Below are positions 53,639 to 64,000 of a stretch of 64,000 nucleotides of DNA, piece by piece. The position numbers and the translations under genes were made by a program. Below the pieces are notes generated by a model. It worked only from the letters and a program-made list of their open reading frames with translations, was not told where the DNA came from and searched no databases. The DNA comes from Cycas panzhihuaensis (Eukaryota > Plantae > Cycadophyta), in contig CM041465.1 of assembly GCA_023213395.1 (NCBI GenBank), positions 107,019,741 through 107,083,740 of the forward strand, given 5' to 3'. Within the stretch, counting starts at the first letter, position 1. Each line of letters opens with the position of its first letter.

Positions 53639-54033
53639 ATGGCTTTTAACATTTATACCGATGGTGGAAGTCAAGGGAACCCTAGAATTGCGGCCTCAAC
53701 TTAGGTTATTCATGATCATAAGGAAATTATTATCACTAATACTAGTTTCTTTATTCCTTGAGCAACCAACAATGAAGCTAAATATCATATTGTTATTGGA
53801 GCCCTTTCAGATGTCCTTAGTTTTCACAGTGGACTGATCAACCTACTTTCAAACTCTTAGATATTAGTTTATGAACTTACTCAAGTTTATCAAATACATT
53901 CTACTCATTTGCATTCCCTATTCAACCAAGCAACTACTTTGTTATCACAATTTCCAAGTGTCTCCCTTCAGAATATCACCATCCATGAGCTAAAGTCAGG
54001 AAAAATATCACTTTTTGATTACGAGCTAAAGTG
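53639..54033 (+). pseudogene. Stand-alone aRH ORF of element 3 (in-frame stops)
   Basis: A single frame from the ATG reads MAFNIYTDGGSQGNPRIAAST*VIHDHK...IP*ATNNEAKYHIVIGALSDVL...NS*ILVYELTQVYQIHSTHL...LLSQFPSVSLQ. Not in the ORF track because of the stops. Confidence 0.88.
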
Positions 54034-54618
54034 ATAATTCTATTTTGTGTACAGTTTATCTCTCTCTGCAATGAGAATAAATTACGACTCTCAAAACACA
54101 CCTACTAATGAAAATAAATTATGGTAGTTACATCCATTCCTAACAATGGATTTATTCTTTGCAATGAGAATAAACAATGACTTCGAAAATACACCTACTA
54201 ATGAGTATAAACTATGGTAATCACATCTTCCAAAAATCAACTCTTAATGAGGTTAAACTATATAAGGTCCTCTAAATAGCAACCATTAATGAGGTAAAAC
54301 TATGATGGACACTTTCTTGTATATAAACTCTTTTTAATACTAAAAATAAAAAATACAAAAAAAATCAAAAAACACAAAAAATTCAAAAGCTCTCTATATA
54401 GATAGACATTTACATGTCATCTTAATATAATTGGTTTCACCTATCTTGTCCAAGTCACCTGCTTTACTCAACCACCACCATCTTTACTTATGTTTTAACA
54501 ACTCAACAAACATCCTAGGTAGCCTAAGTTCCTGAATAACTTGGTATAGTTAAGGTTGGCAACATTCACCATCCTACTTCAATACCTTTTGTGGACCTTT
54601 CGTTGCCAAGGGGGCAAA

Positions 54619-55452
54619 TGTGTCAATCAACTATGCCCTTCTCTGGACAATGGCCATGTCTCTTGCCTTTTGTTTTTTGTTGGGATTTAGCTACTTGATT
54701 GCATGGTAGTATAAAGGCTTCCTAGCATTACCACTGCTTGAAATCATACTAGTTGTGATTATGTTTGACTTATATTACTAATGTTTGAAATATCATTATT
54801 GTGTCTGATGAATTAAGTCCCACTTGAAGTGCTCCCAATTCATTAATCTTATCAATCTAATTACTGACTTTATGATGCTATTTTCTCCTCAATTATCCCT
54901 CTAATGACTTAATTGACACATTTTTAAATCAAATTATTGTTTTGTAATGCATTTCCCCTTTAAAATTTTTAAATTCTGGCTAAAAAATCTTTAGTTTTCT
55001 CAAAAAACATTCATTACATTTTTCACACATTCATTATATTTTTCACATAGTCATCACGTTTTTTGTCACATCTATCATGTTTTTCACCCATTTGTTGCAT
55101 TTTCCATCACATTTATCATGATTTTGACACCATTGTTGTAATTTTCATCTATTTGTCTTGTTTTTTTGTTGTTTATCATGTTTTTTTATTTTTTTGCCTA
55201 TAAATTTTTTTTATCAACGGTAAGCCGCCATTTTTTGCCATTGGGATTTCTTTCTCGTGGGCACCTACTAATCATCTCCCCTTTACTTTTCCACTAGTTT
55301 GTCCACAATTTCTTTCTATAAATATAGAATTCTTACATAGTTTTAGGCAATCTTAGAAAGTAGAAACAAGTAGAGTTAGAAAAATCAAGTTTGAAGTTCA
55401 TAGTTTTGAATTAGTTTAATGTCAAATCTTATTTAGAATTTTAGATTTTCTC
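54619..55452 (+). repeat. Truncated 3' LTR of element 3
   Basis: TGTGTCAATCAAC... aligns with TGTTTCAATCAAC... at 47503 until about 55452. Confidence 0.85.
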
Positions 55453-55455
55453 AAG

Positions 55456-57270
55456 GATGGGGGGGCAATTGGAGAAAGTAATGTTATGTTGTCAAATTTC
55501 CATTGGAACTCTGGACAATTGTTGGAAACTATTTTATTAGAGGCTTTAAGAAGAGTAGAAGTGCCATTTGAGAGGGAGATAACTGCATCCTTGGAGCCTT
55601 GAGCCATTGAGCTAGCGACCAAGGAAAATATATGGTGAATACCCCTCTAGCCACACAATTTCTTCTTAAGTTTTCATTTCATTTCACTCCTTCCTATTTG
55701 GTGGTTTAATATCCCATTTGTGTTTGATTGGTTTTCTCCCTTTTTGTTCATCTTTTGCTTTGGTTTCCATTGGTTTCCTTTTTCCAAGAGGACAAGTTTA
55801 AGAATTGGGAATACCTTGGAGTCTTTTAGACCCATTGGTGGTGATGGCAAACCACAATTGAGGCCCACATCATATTCTATTTGCATTTAGTCATTAGAAG
55901 CATTCAATTTTTTAATTGAGTGCTTTAGTTTTTAGATATATCATTTATAGGTCAAGCTAACATTGCAGGGATTATAGGAGGACAATTTGTTTTATAGTTG
56001 GCTCCTTTTTAAATTTCACTTGCCTATTAGATTGGAAAAATGTTGTTCAATTTGTGTTAGGTACACTCTACCTTCTTCTTCAAAGATCACTTTAAAACTT
56101 CATTTGCGTGATTTGGCACTTTCATTGCATACTTTTTGTCTTCATAGGTTGATTTGATAAGTTGAAGAGCTTTTGGATTTATTTCAAGTTTTATTTTTTT
56201 GGTGCTTTTAATGTGTAATGGGTCCTTTGAGGAATTGTGGTTCTCACTCTACAGGAGGGTGGAGAAAAACCCCTAAAAGAAGAAAATAAAAAGGAAAGTG
56301 TGTGTTAAATGCCAGGCTCTTTCACCTTCTTTGTCATTTCATCACATTAAAGAAAAAATAATGAAAAGAAGAAAATGAAGTAAAATTGTATAGCATAGGT
56401 GAGCTTTGGCTTCTTGGGTTGCTTGTATTGCATGATCGCATGTGTTTTTTTTCCGTTCTCCCCTTTTTAACTAGCTTGTAAAGAAAAAAGAAGAGAAAAA
56501 GGATTGGGTGTCTTACTTGCTTGCATTATGAGCCTTTGTGTGAAAGGGATTTGCACACGAAGTTATGAGTTCTTGAACCTGTAAGTCTTGTATTGGATAG
56601 GAATACGTGCTATTTATAGTCAAAACAAAATTTCATACTATATTGTATTTAGAGATATGCTCATTACTCTTTTATTCCTTAGGTGTAGGGTTTTGCTTAG
56701 TCAAAAGGGGGACTAGTTTGCAAATTGGACTTCATCACTGATTACAACTCTAGTTTTGCACTTGAGACGAAAGCCGGTTTTGCTATGTTTTGAATAGGAT
56801 GGTGGTGGTCAATCATTTTGATTGCACATGAATGGGAGAGTTGACTTAGAAAGATATGCCCTATTGAGAGTAGATTTTTCACCACCATTTTGCCTTGGAG
56901 ATTTGTTTATAAGGAGTGGGTGCGAACGTTACTTTAAGCCCCATATATGATTAGGGTTAAGATGGTGTATTAGGTCTCTAGACATCTGATTGCTAGATCA
57001 GGGTCTCTAACCAATAGTCCATCTTCATCTAGTTTCTTCCCCTCAACTAGTCTCCCTTCATTCTACCAGGTTAGTTTGACATAGGTGTTCATTTAGTTGG
57101 GTGGGGTTAAGGTAGGTCTACACCATTAGGGGAGTAGAATTTAGGTTAGGATGTTAGGATTTTGATGGCACTGGGGCATATGTGCTTAATAACCCTCTTA
57201 ATTTTCAAGAGCATATCTGGGTGTTGTTTGTCTCTCCTTGAGAGGACTTGTTGGCTAGGTGCTTGTTTCA
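55456..57270 (+). mobile_element. Possible LTR of another Gypsy family
   Basis: Starts at a PPT-like GGGGGGGCAA, is non-coding and T-rich, and ends at a candidate ...GTTTCA like the Tat LTR ends. There is no second copy to confirm it. Confidence 0.3.
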
Positions 57271-57579
57271 TTCTACTTGCATAAGTGTTATATTTGCTTT
57301 ATTTTGTACTTGACTTATCATTTCATTGCTTGTATAGTGGTATAAATAACTAACTTGTTTTTCATTTGCAACATCCCCTTTTCATCTCCTTTTCCTGCAT
57401 ACATCCATCTTTTACATGATCTTTCATGTCAACATTCTTTCTTTCCAAGGCGTGTAGTGCCCTAGGAGAAGCCATTGTGCATTACCTCATTAGTTTGGGC
57501 ACCTAGTCATGGGTCTTGAGTCAAGTCAAGTTGAGTCGGTCTACTCGACCTCTTGGGTTACACCACGTGTTGAAGATGA

Positions 57580-60500
57580 ATTGTGCATCCTCTCTCCAAT
57601 TCTTATTCAAAACTCTTTGGTGTATAACTAAGTCTCTTTTAATTTAGATTAACCTTCAAGCATGCTATTTTGAATATAGGCTATGACTATAGACCATGAA
57701 TTGTGCATCCTCCCACAAAAATTTATTCAAACAGCTTGGTGCATAGATAATGCCTTTATAGTATTAGATTACCTCCAAGTTTGCCATTCATGACCTATTA
57801 TTATATGCATCGATATAATTTTAACCTTAATAATATACTTCAACTTAATGTAATGAGAAGCAAATCTGTTATTGGAACCTTCAATAAATCTAGTGTTGAA
57901 TATTGCTAAAATATTAATTGCAAGGTGTGGTGCTTGGTGATGGACTTTTAAATTTCCTAGCTTGCTTGCATAACTATTTTGGTCATTGTTAGATGTGGAC
58001 GATTCTCTTCTTTTGCCATTTCCTTCAATGTTATATTCAAATTATGAATAATGCAATGTATTCAAAAGACATGTTATTATTTGTACTCCATTGACATATT
58101 ACTAGCTTTGTAAATAGGTGCATTATTTGTGATCGCCTACATAACATTGTGAGCACTCACATATTCTATGGCTTGAATGAAAATGTTAATAAAATCTACA
58201 TCATTCTATTAGAATTAATGTTCATATGAAGACAAATTCATAGTGGTGATCATCAAGCTTGATGACAAGTGTCATAGGAGTTATAAAAGTTCTATTTTGG
58301 ACCATTGTGAATCTTGTGTGTATTTATTTCTACATAGCATTATGTACTGAATTATAAAGGCTCATTCTTAATGAATAAAAACAACTACTTAAAATTTGTC
58401 ATTTATGTTTGGTTCCTATTTCAATCTTGTTTCATTGAAATCGCATATGGTATTAGAGTAAGTTGTTGCAAGTTGATTAATTTTTCACCTATAATGTTTG
58501 GAGTTAAGTAGCTTTGTGTTGTCAACATGTGTCAGTAGGTTATTCAATTTAAGTTTTTGCTAGTTTTGCTATGGAACTAATTTGCTAGGCTATGGATTAT
58601 TAGTGTTGAGAAAAAAAGGGGGGAGGTTTCATTGTTTGTGTGGATTATTTTTGGGATTTATGGCATTGGGTTGCCACCTATGATGGGTTGATGTGGAACT
58701 AGTTTATTAGGCTGTGGATTATTAGTGTTGAGAAAAAAAGGGGGGATGTTTCATTGTTTGTGTGGATTATTTTTGGGGTTTATGACATTGGGTTACCACC
58801 AATGATGGATTTATTTTGCAAGAACTGTGTAAAGAGATTTTTTTTAAATTATTTATTTATTTTTTTATTTTTTATGTTGGGGTTTGTGTGGGTTGTTGAA
58901 TTTGCATACAATTTGCTGTAGCTATGAAGAGCTTAGATTATGTATGTGAGGCTCATAGGGCATCAACTATTTTGATTGAGCGAAGTTGACTGTAAGCTTT
59001 ATAAAGAGCCAAAGGAAAGAAGACATGTATAAAAGCCCAAGATCCATTAGGGTCTATTGGTGTTGAAATATGAGCTTGCAATTCATGAGTCGCATGGGCG
59101 AAGAGGCATTCAACGATTGAGTTAAGGTGCCCATGGATTTGTAGGCAGAGATGTCTCAAGACTAGAATGAGAAATGCTAACTCAGAGGTAATGACTGACT
59201 ATGAAGAAAGTAGATGTTGAAGCTGCATAGTAGATGAATGCCATGAACTTGTAACATTGGAAGATTGTAACACAAAGATTAAGCGATTGTAGTAATCCAA
59301 TGTGAAAATGGGCATACAATCTGTGAATATTTATATGCATGAATGCTAGTTGCCCAGTGCCCTTGCAACAAGATAACATTGTAAATGAGTGAGGATGTTA
59401 TGAATGGTAAACAAAGCTCAAATGAATGTATACATAAAGATTAGAATTAAATCGTTATTCAATTGATTCAACCAGTGCAGATTTTTGTGTAACATAGGTG
59501 CATCAAACGTAGACAATCTCATCACTAAACATAGGGTTATAAAAAAAAAGGAATTATTTTTTGTGATGTATTCGATGTATTAAATTGCTTTTAATATTTG
59601 TTTGAAATTTGGTTAGCCCCCTTATTAGGTGAGCCCTTGATCATGTGGTGTCGTAAGTGCTAGGCTATTTTTTAACTCATAGAGGAGGTTGTTATAAAAA
59701 CAAATGCCAATTTTCTATTGTGATCTTTTGTGTTCTTTGGAATAGGGATGGTCATATGGTAAGATTATGGATCTTTGCATGGTTTTCGATCTATTGTATT
59801 TTTCTATCACTTTGTGTAGCGATCGAGGACCTCACGATCTTTAAATTTTTAATTAAAAAGTGTGTGTTTGTCTCAGGGCTCTTTAATACCCAATGTGTTA
59901 TAGTTTGTTGTGTATTTTTGTATTACCTTATACATTATTATGGGTTGAAAATGTTTGTTTTTTCGCTCTAAAAAATGCTTTAGAAGATGTGCTTTAATTA
60001 TAACAAGCAAGGTCATTTTAGGAAAAACTATTGACTTTTGCAAGTTGATCAGCAACATGGAGACAATTTGCAGAATGGAGTTGATTAGTAGAACATGACG
60101 GTGCATAAAAATAGCACAATGATGTGCAGTACATTGATTTAGGTGCTTCTAGCTCCATGATAGGTAGACTTGATTAGTTTAGGCACATGTGGGAAGCAAT
60201 AGGACATATTGTATCTCTTGGAGGCAATAGAATTTTAACTGAGGTAATAAAAATTTAACTATCAAGGGCATATGAGAGGTCCTAGTTTTAAGTCTTGATT
60301 GTGAAGATTATTATATGGAGGATGTCTTGTACATGCCTAGATTGAAGAGGAATATAATTTCTGTTAGTTAGAGGGCATTGGGATGCATGTTCTCTTTAAA
60401 GATGGAAAAGTTATCATTAGTGATTGTGGAGGAAAAGTGGTCGTGAAAGGTATGAGGGAAAATCATCTTTACAGGCTCTTAGGTAAGTCAGTAAATAAAG

Positions 60501-62930
60501 AGCACATTTGGTTGTAGGTGTATCAAATAAAATTTAGTTGTGGCATGAGAGATTGGGGCATCTACACTTCCCTAGCCTTCATTTGATGAACAAATTAAAT
60601 ATGGGTCATGGTCTTCGAAAGTTCAAGGTTGAAAAAGAGTATTTGTGAACCCTACATTTATGGAAAGCAACATAGGGAAAAGCTTCTTAAAGGCAAGGCT
60701 TGGAGGGAAAATGAAACACTAAGCCTAATCTACTTTGATATTTGTGGTCCTATGCTAACCACTTTGCTAGAAGGTGAAAGATATTTCTTGACCTTCATTG
60801 ATGACATTCTAGGAAGGTTTGGGTTTATCTCTTGAAGGAGAATTCTTAGACATTTGAGATATTCAAGGAGTTCAAAGAGAAAGTAGAGAATGAAAGTGGT
60901 AAAATGATTAAGATGCTAACATTAGATAATAGGGGAGAATACATTTTTAGTGCCTTTGTCTAGTTTTGTAAGGACCGAGGTATAAAGAAGCAATTAATGA
61001 CTGCATATACTCTGCAACATAATAGAGTAGCTAAGAGGATGCATAAAATATTGGCTGATAAAGCCAAGTCGATGATGAAGGCAAAGAACCTCTCAAATAT
61101 CTTTTGGGTAGAAGCTATTTGTACAATAACATACTACACTAACAGGAGAGTAACTAAAGTTATATAGAATAAGACACTTGAAGAAGCATCGTTAGGATGT
61201 AAACCTATTGTGAGCCATCTTAGAATTTTTGGAAGCACGACATATATAAATGCTCTTAAAGAAAAAATGCTAGAAGTTTGATGACAAAAGTTCTAGATGC
61301 ATCCTTGTAGGGTACAATGAAGAAATCAAAGCGCACTGGGCATATGAGTTGGCAACCATAAAGTTCCACACAACTTGGGATGTTATTTTCAAAGAAATTG
61401 AAAAACATGTTATAGATTAGGATGTCATCTTCAAAGAGGGTGATAAGTAGGTTGTAGATCGGGATCATGACTTAAACACCTAGAAGATTTGAAAAGATAA
61501 GAAAGTAGATTATAGAATAACTTGAACCCAGTTTTTCGAGTTAGTAGCTTATCAAGCTAGAGATTGGGCCAAAGGAGGAAAAAGAAGATTAAGGTGAGGG
61601 AGAGAAATTTGAAGATGCTTGGGAGTTACATGCAGAGATGCAACCTAAGGTCGACCCACTTTTTAAGAAATTTCCTAAATAGTACTTGAAGACCATTGGA
61701 CAAGCTCAATTGCCCTTGTTGGAGAGAAAATGAAAATCGAGGACAAGACCTAATACAATTAACTTGCTAATAGACTAGCCTAATAAATTTAGTTAATTAT
61801 ATGAACATTAAAGGGGATTGTTAGAATCAATGTTCATATGAAAATAAATTCATAGTGGTGAGTCATCAAGTTTGATGACAAATGTCATAGGAGTTCTAAA
61901 AGTCCTCAATGGGATGATGACATGTGTTAGGGTAGTTATGAGTCCTATTTTGGACCATTATTGATCCCATGCATATATATCATTACATAGTATTATATAT
62001 TGAATTACAAAGACTCATTCTTAATGAATAAAAACAATGTTTATGATAAACCAATTCTACTTGTAATCTGTCTTTTGTGTTTTTTATGTTTGGTTCCTAT
62101 TTCGATCTTGTTTCATTAAAGAAATCATACATTCATCTCTCCTATGCAATCAATTGGCTTGAGGAACATAGGAACTCTTGGGTGACATGCCAATGACATT
62201 TATGAGTAGACTATTAGTTTGATTAGTCCACCCATCTATAATAATGGAGACATCTAATGGGCTTCAATGTGGATTCCACTAAACTCCACCCCTTCCAAAG
62301 AGTGTGGTCCAAAAGCTCTTAAAATTTGGGTTCACATAGCTTTGTAGTGTTGTTTTGATGATGCACATCATGTTGCTAATATGGTGAGCAAGCCATGTTG
62401 AAAGGAAGCCCACAAGCATAAATGTATTGAGCCACTTTGATGTCTAATTTATTTTTATCATGTATATTAAGCATTGATGTTTTTTAGCCAATTTGAGAGT
62501 GTGCCTACTTTTTGGATTCCTTTGCTACTCTCTTCACTTTTGCTATAGGGGTTGATGGGGACCTCTTACCTTTATTGCTTTCCTTGTTAATGTTTTGACA
62601 TACAATGCATCTTCCATCCCTTTTTGGTATTTCTTGATGACTGATAGGGACTCTTTCCTTTGTTGCTTTCCTTATTAATGTTTTGACATACGATGCGTCT
62701 TCCACCTATTTTTGGTGTTTCTTGATGAATGACAGAGACAATTGTAGGCATCAATAATCCCTTTAATTGTTTAATGAAACAAGTGGGCCTTCACTTAGAA
62801 ATAGGAGCCTCAATATGGATCTATATCATAGACATTGCATTTCTAAAAAAGAGATCTTTCTCCAATGAATAAAGACATTTTCGTACATACTACCAAAGGG
62901 AAGAGTCATTGATCTTTGTCTCACTATTAA
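57580..62930 (-). pseudogene. Decayed hAT transposase (BED finger, DUF659 region), interrupted by Copia D
   Basis: Minus strand: GSYF*VKAHL (~62790), IDGWTNQ...LLINV...FLKPIDCIGEM (62135-62240), then past the insertion IFIQAIEYV.AHNV...ITNNA...HCIIHNLN (58030-58200) and RFASHYI...GHEW (57785-57870). Confidence 0.8.
58207..62129 (+). mobile_element. Internally deleted Ty1/Copia element D (PR-INT only) with both LTRs
   Basis: LTRs 58207-58445 and 61819-62129, perfect TSD CATTC (58202-58206 and 62130-62134), Met-type PBS TGGTATTAGAG (58448) and PPT AAAGGGGAT. Carries WHERLGHL and DICGPM...RYFLTFIDD but no RT/RH. Confidence 0.88.
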
Positions 62931-64000
62931 CATCACTACTAAAAGATTGTGAAGCCATTTCCATAATGCAAGTAATCAGAATCACTTATATGTGTATTAG
63001 AAAACAAGTAGTTAATATTACTCAAAACATTAGATATTGGGTTGAAATCAAATTCAAATTAGTGATAAAAAGGTTGTGGAGTTAGAGAACCATGGACTTA
63101 GCTCTTAATTTTTGGGCACATGGTTTTCTTGCCCATGGTTTTGGGTCCATGGTTTTACTTTTTTCCTATTTTTTTTTCTTTGAGAGTATTGCTTATTTAT
63201 TTATTTATTTTTTGAGAATGGATGCTTCTTTAAGTAGAAAAATTTTTAACCAAGATATTGCCATAAAAAAAAAGTAGGGAGAGAATGTATCCTTTCCATC
63301 CTATTAATGATTACATAACACCAAAAAAAAACCCTAATATGGTGATCACAAAGGCATGCAAGACCCAACAACGAAGAACTAAGATTTCCCCTAGTGGCCT
63401 CCAACAAGGACAACATTTTGCCTTCCATCATTTCCCTTGTTAGGAGGATTTTGGTGCAGTTTCCACATTTTGTAGGTTGTGGGCTTGATGGTTATTATCA
63501 TGACTAGCTGGGTGGTTCTCTCCACAACTCTTCAGGTGGTCAGCTAGGAGGCCAAGCAATTGGGTTGTTAGGCAAAGGTGTGGCTATGTTTGGATCAACT
63601 TTGACCCTTGAAGAAGCTATGTTAGGGACCAAGGAGCCTCAAATTACCCTCCTCATTAGGGACTTAGGATATAGTACAGGGGGTTGAGCCCTAATGTTTA
63701 ATTAATTTGAGTAGGTGCCTCAACTCCACTGGGACCTTTTGCATCCAAATGCTAGTCTGCAAAGCACAAGATTGAATGATTGTTAAGATGAGATTTGTTG
63801 GAATAGTGCAAGTAGGTGTTTTCTATTGAAAAGATGTATTATGACAAAACTTCCATATTGAGTATAGAACTTCAACAAGTCTTAAAAGTTCCCATGTAGG
63901 TTGCAAGGAGGAAGAAAGGTCTTTGGCATCACCAAGAAGGACCATGTTCTAGTCGAGGGGTTTTGAGGTGGTTGAGGAATGGAACCTATTGAGTAAGTTC

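Larger units (their letters stand above)
47503..55452 (+). mobile_element. Old non-autonomous Tat-type Gypsy element 3 (gag remnant + stand-alone aRH; no PR/RT/INT recognised)
   Basis: 47503-~48312 repeats at 54619-~55452. PPT AAGGGGGCAAA at 54608-54618. Gag and aRH motifs are present. The 5' LTR probably runs to ~49800 and the 3' LTR is truncated. Confidence 0.8.

Noticed and set aside
54060-54310. Short repeats with variable spacers resembling a CRISPR array
   Set aside because: The context is a eukaryotic retroelement, the repeats are degenerate, the spacers are themselves duplicated, and there are no cas genes.
57576-57790. ~119-bp-spaced imperfect repeat resembling PPR motifs on the minus strand
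   Set aside because: It continues directly from the hAT RFASHYI...GHEW segment, so it is better explained as a local duplication in the transposase remnant.
63250-64000. Possible LINE ORF1 (zinc-knuckle) remnant on the minus strand
   Set aside because: Only a vague Cys/His spacing was seen, not enough to support a call without a search.

Overview
Land-plant nuclear DNA from a large, transposon-dense genome; a gymnosperm-like host is only an inference. There is one intact host gene, a two-exon ubiquitin-RPS27a fusion (34821-35446). The rest is mostly nested transposons: three Ty3/Gypsy Tat-type elements, four Ty1/Copia remnants, a TRIM-like mini-element, two decayed hAT transposase remnants, an ERD6-like sugar-transporter gene fragment and a 500-N assembly gap. 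The main finding is the 3' accessory module of the Tat elements, between integrase and the 3' LTR. It holds an intron-containing antisense plant-mobile-domain (PMD) gene with its own TATA box, head-to-head with a free-standing archaeal-type RNase H (aRH) ORF that has its own ATG. Two related families carry the full module (4.6-8.0 kb and 15.2-18.6 kb). A third, distant family keeps only the stand-alone aRH (53.6-54.0 kb). Two of the three elements lack RT-RH-INT yet keep these accessory genes. All calls are by eye from motifs and manual alignment, and boundaries inside degenerate elements are approximate.
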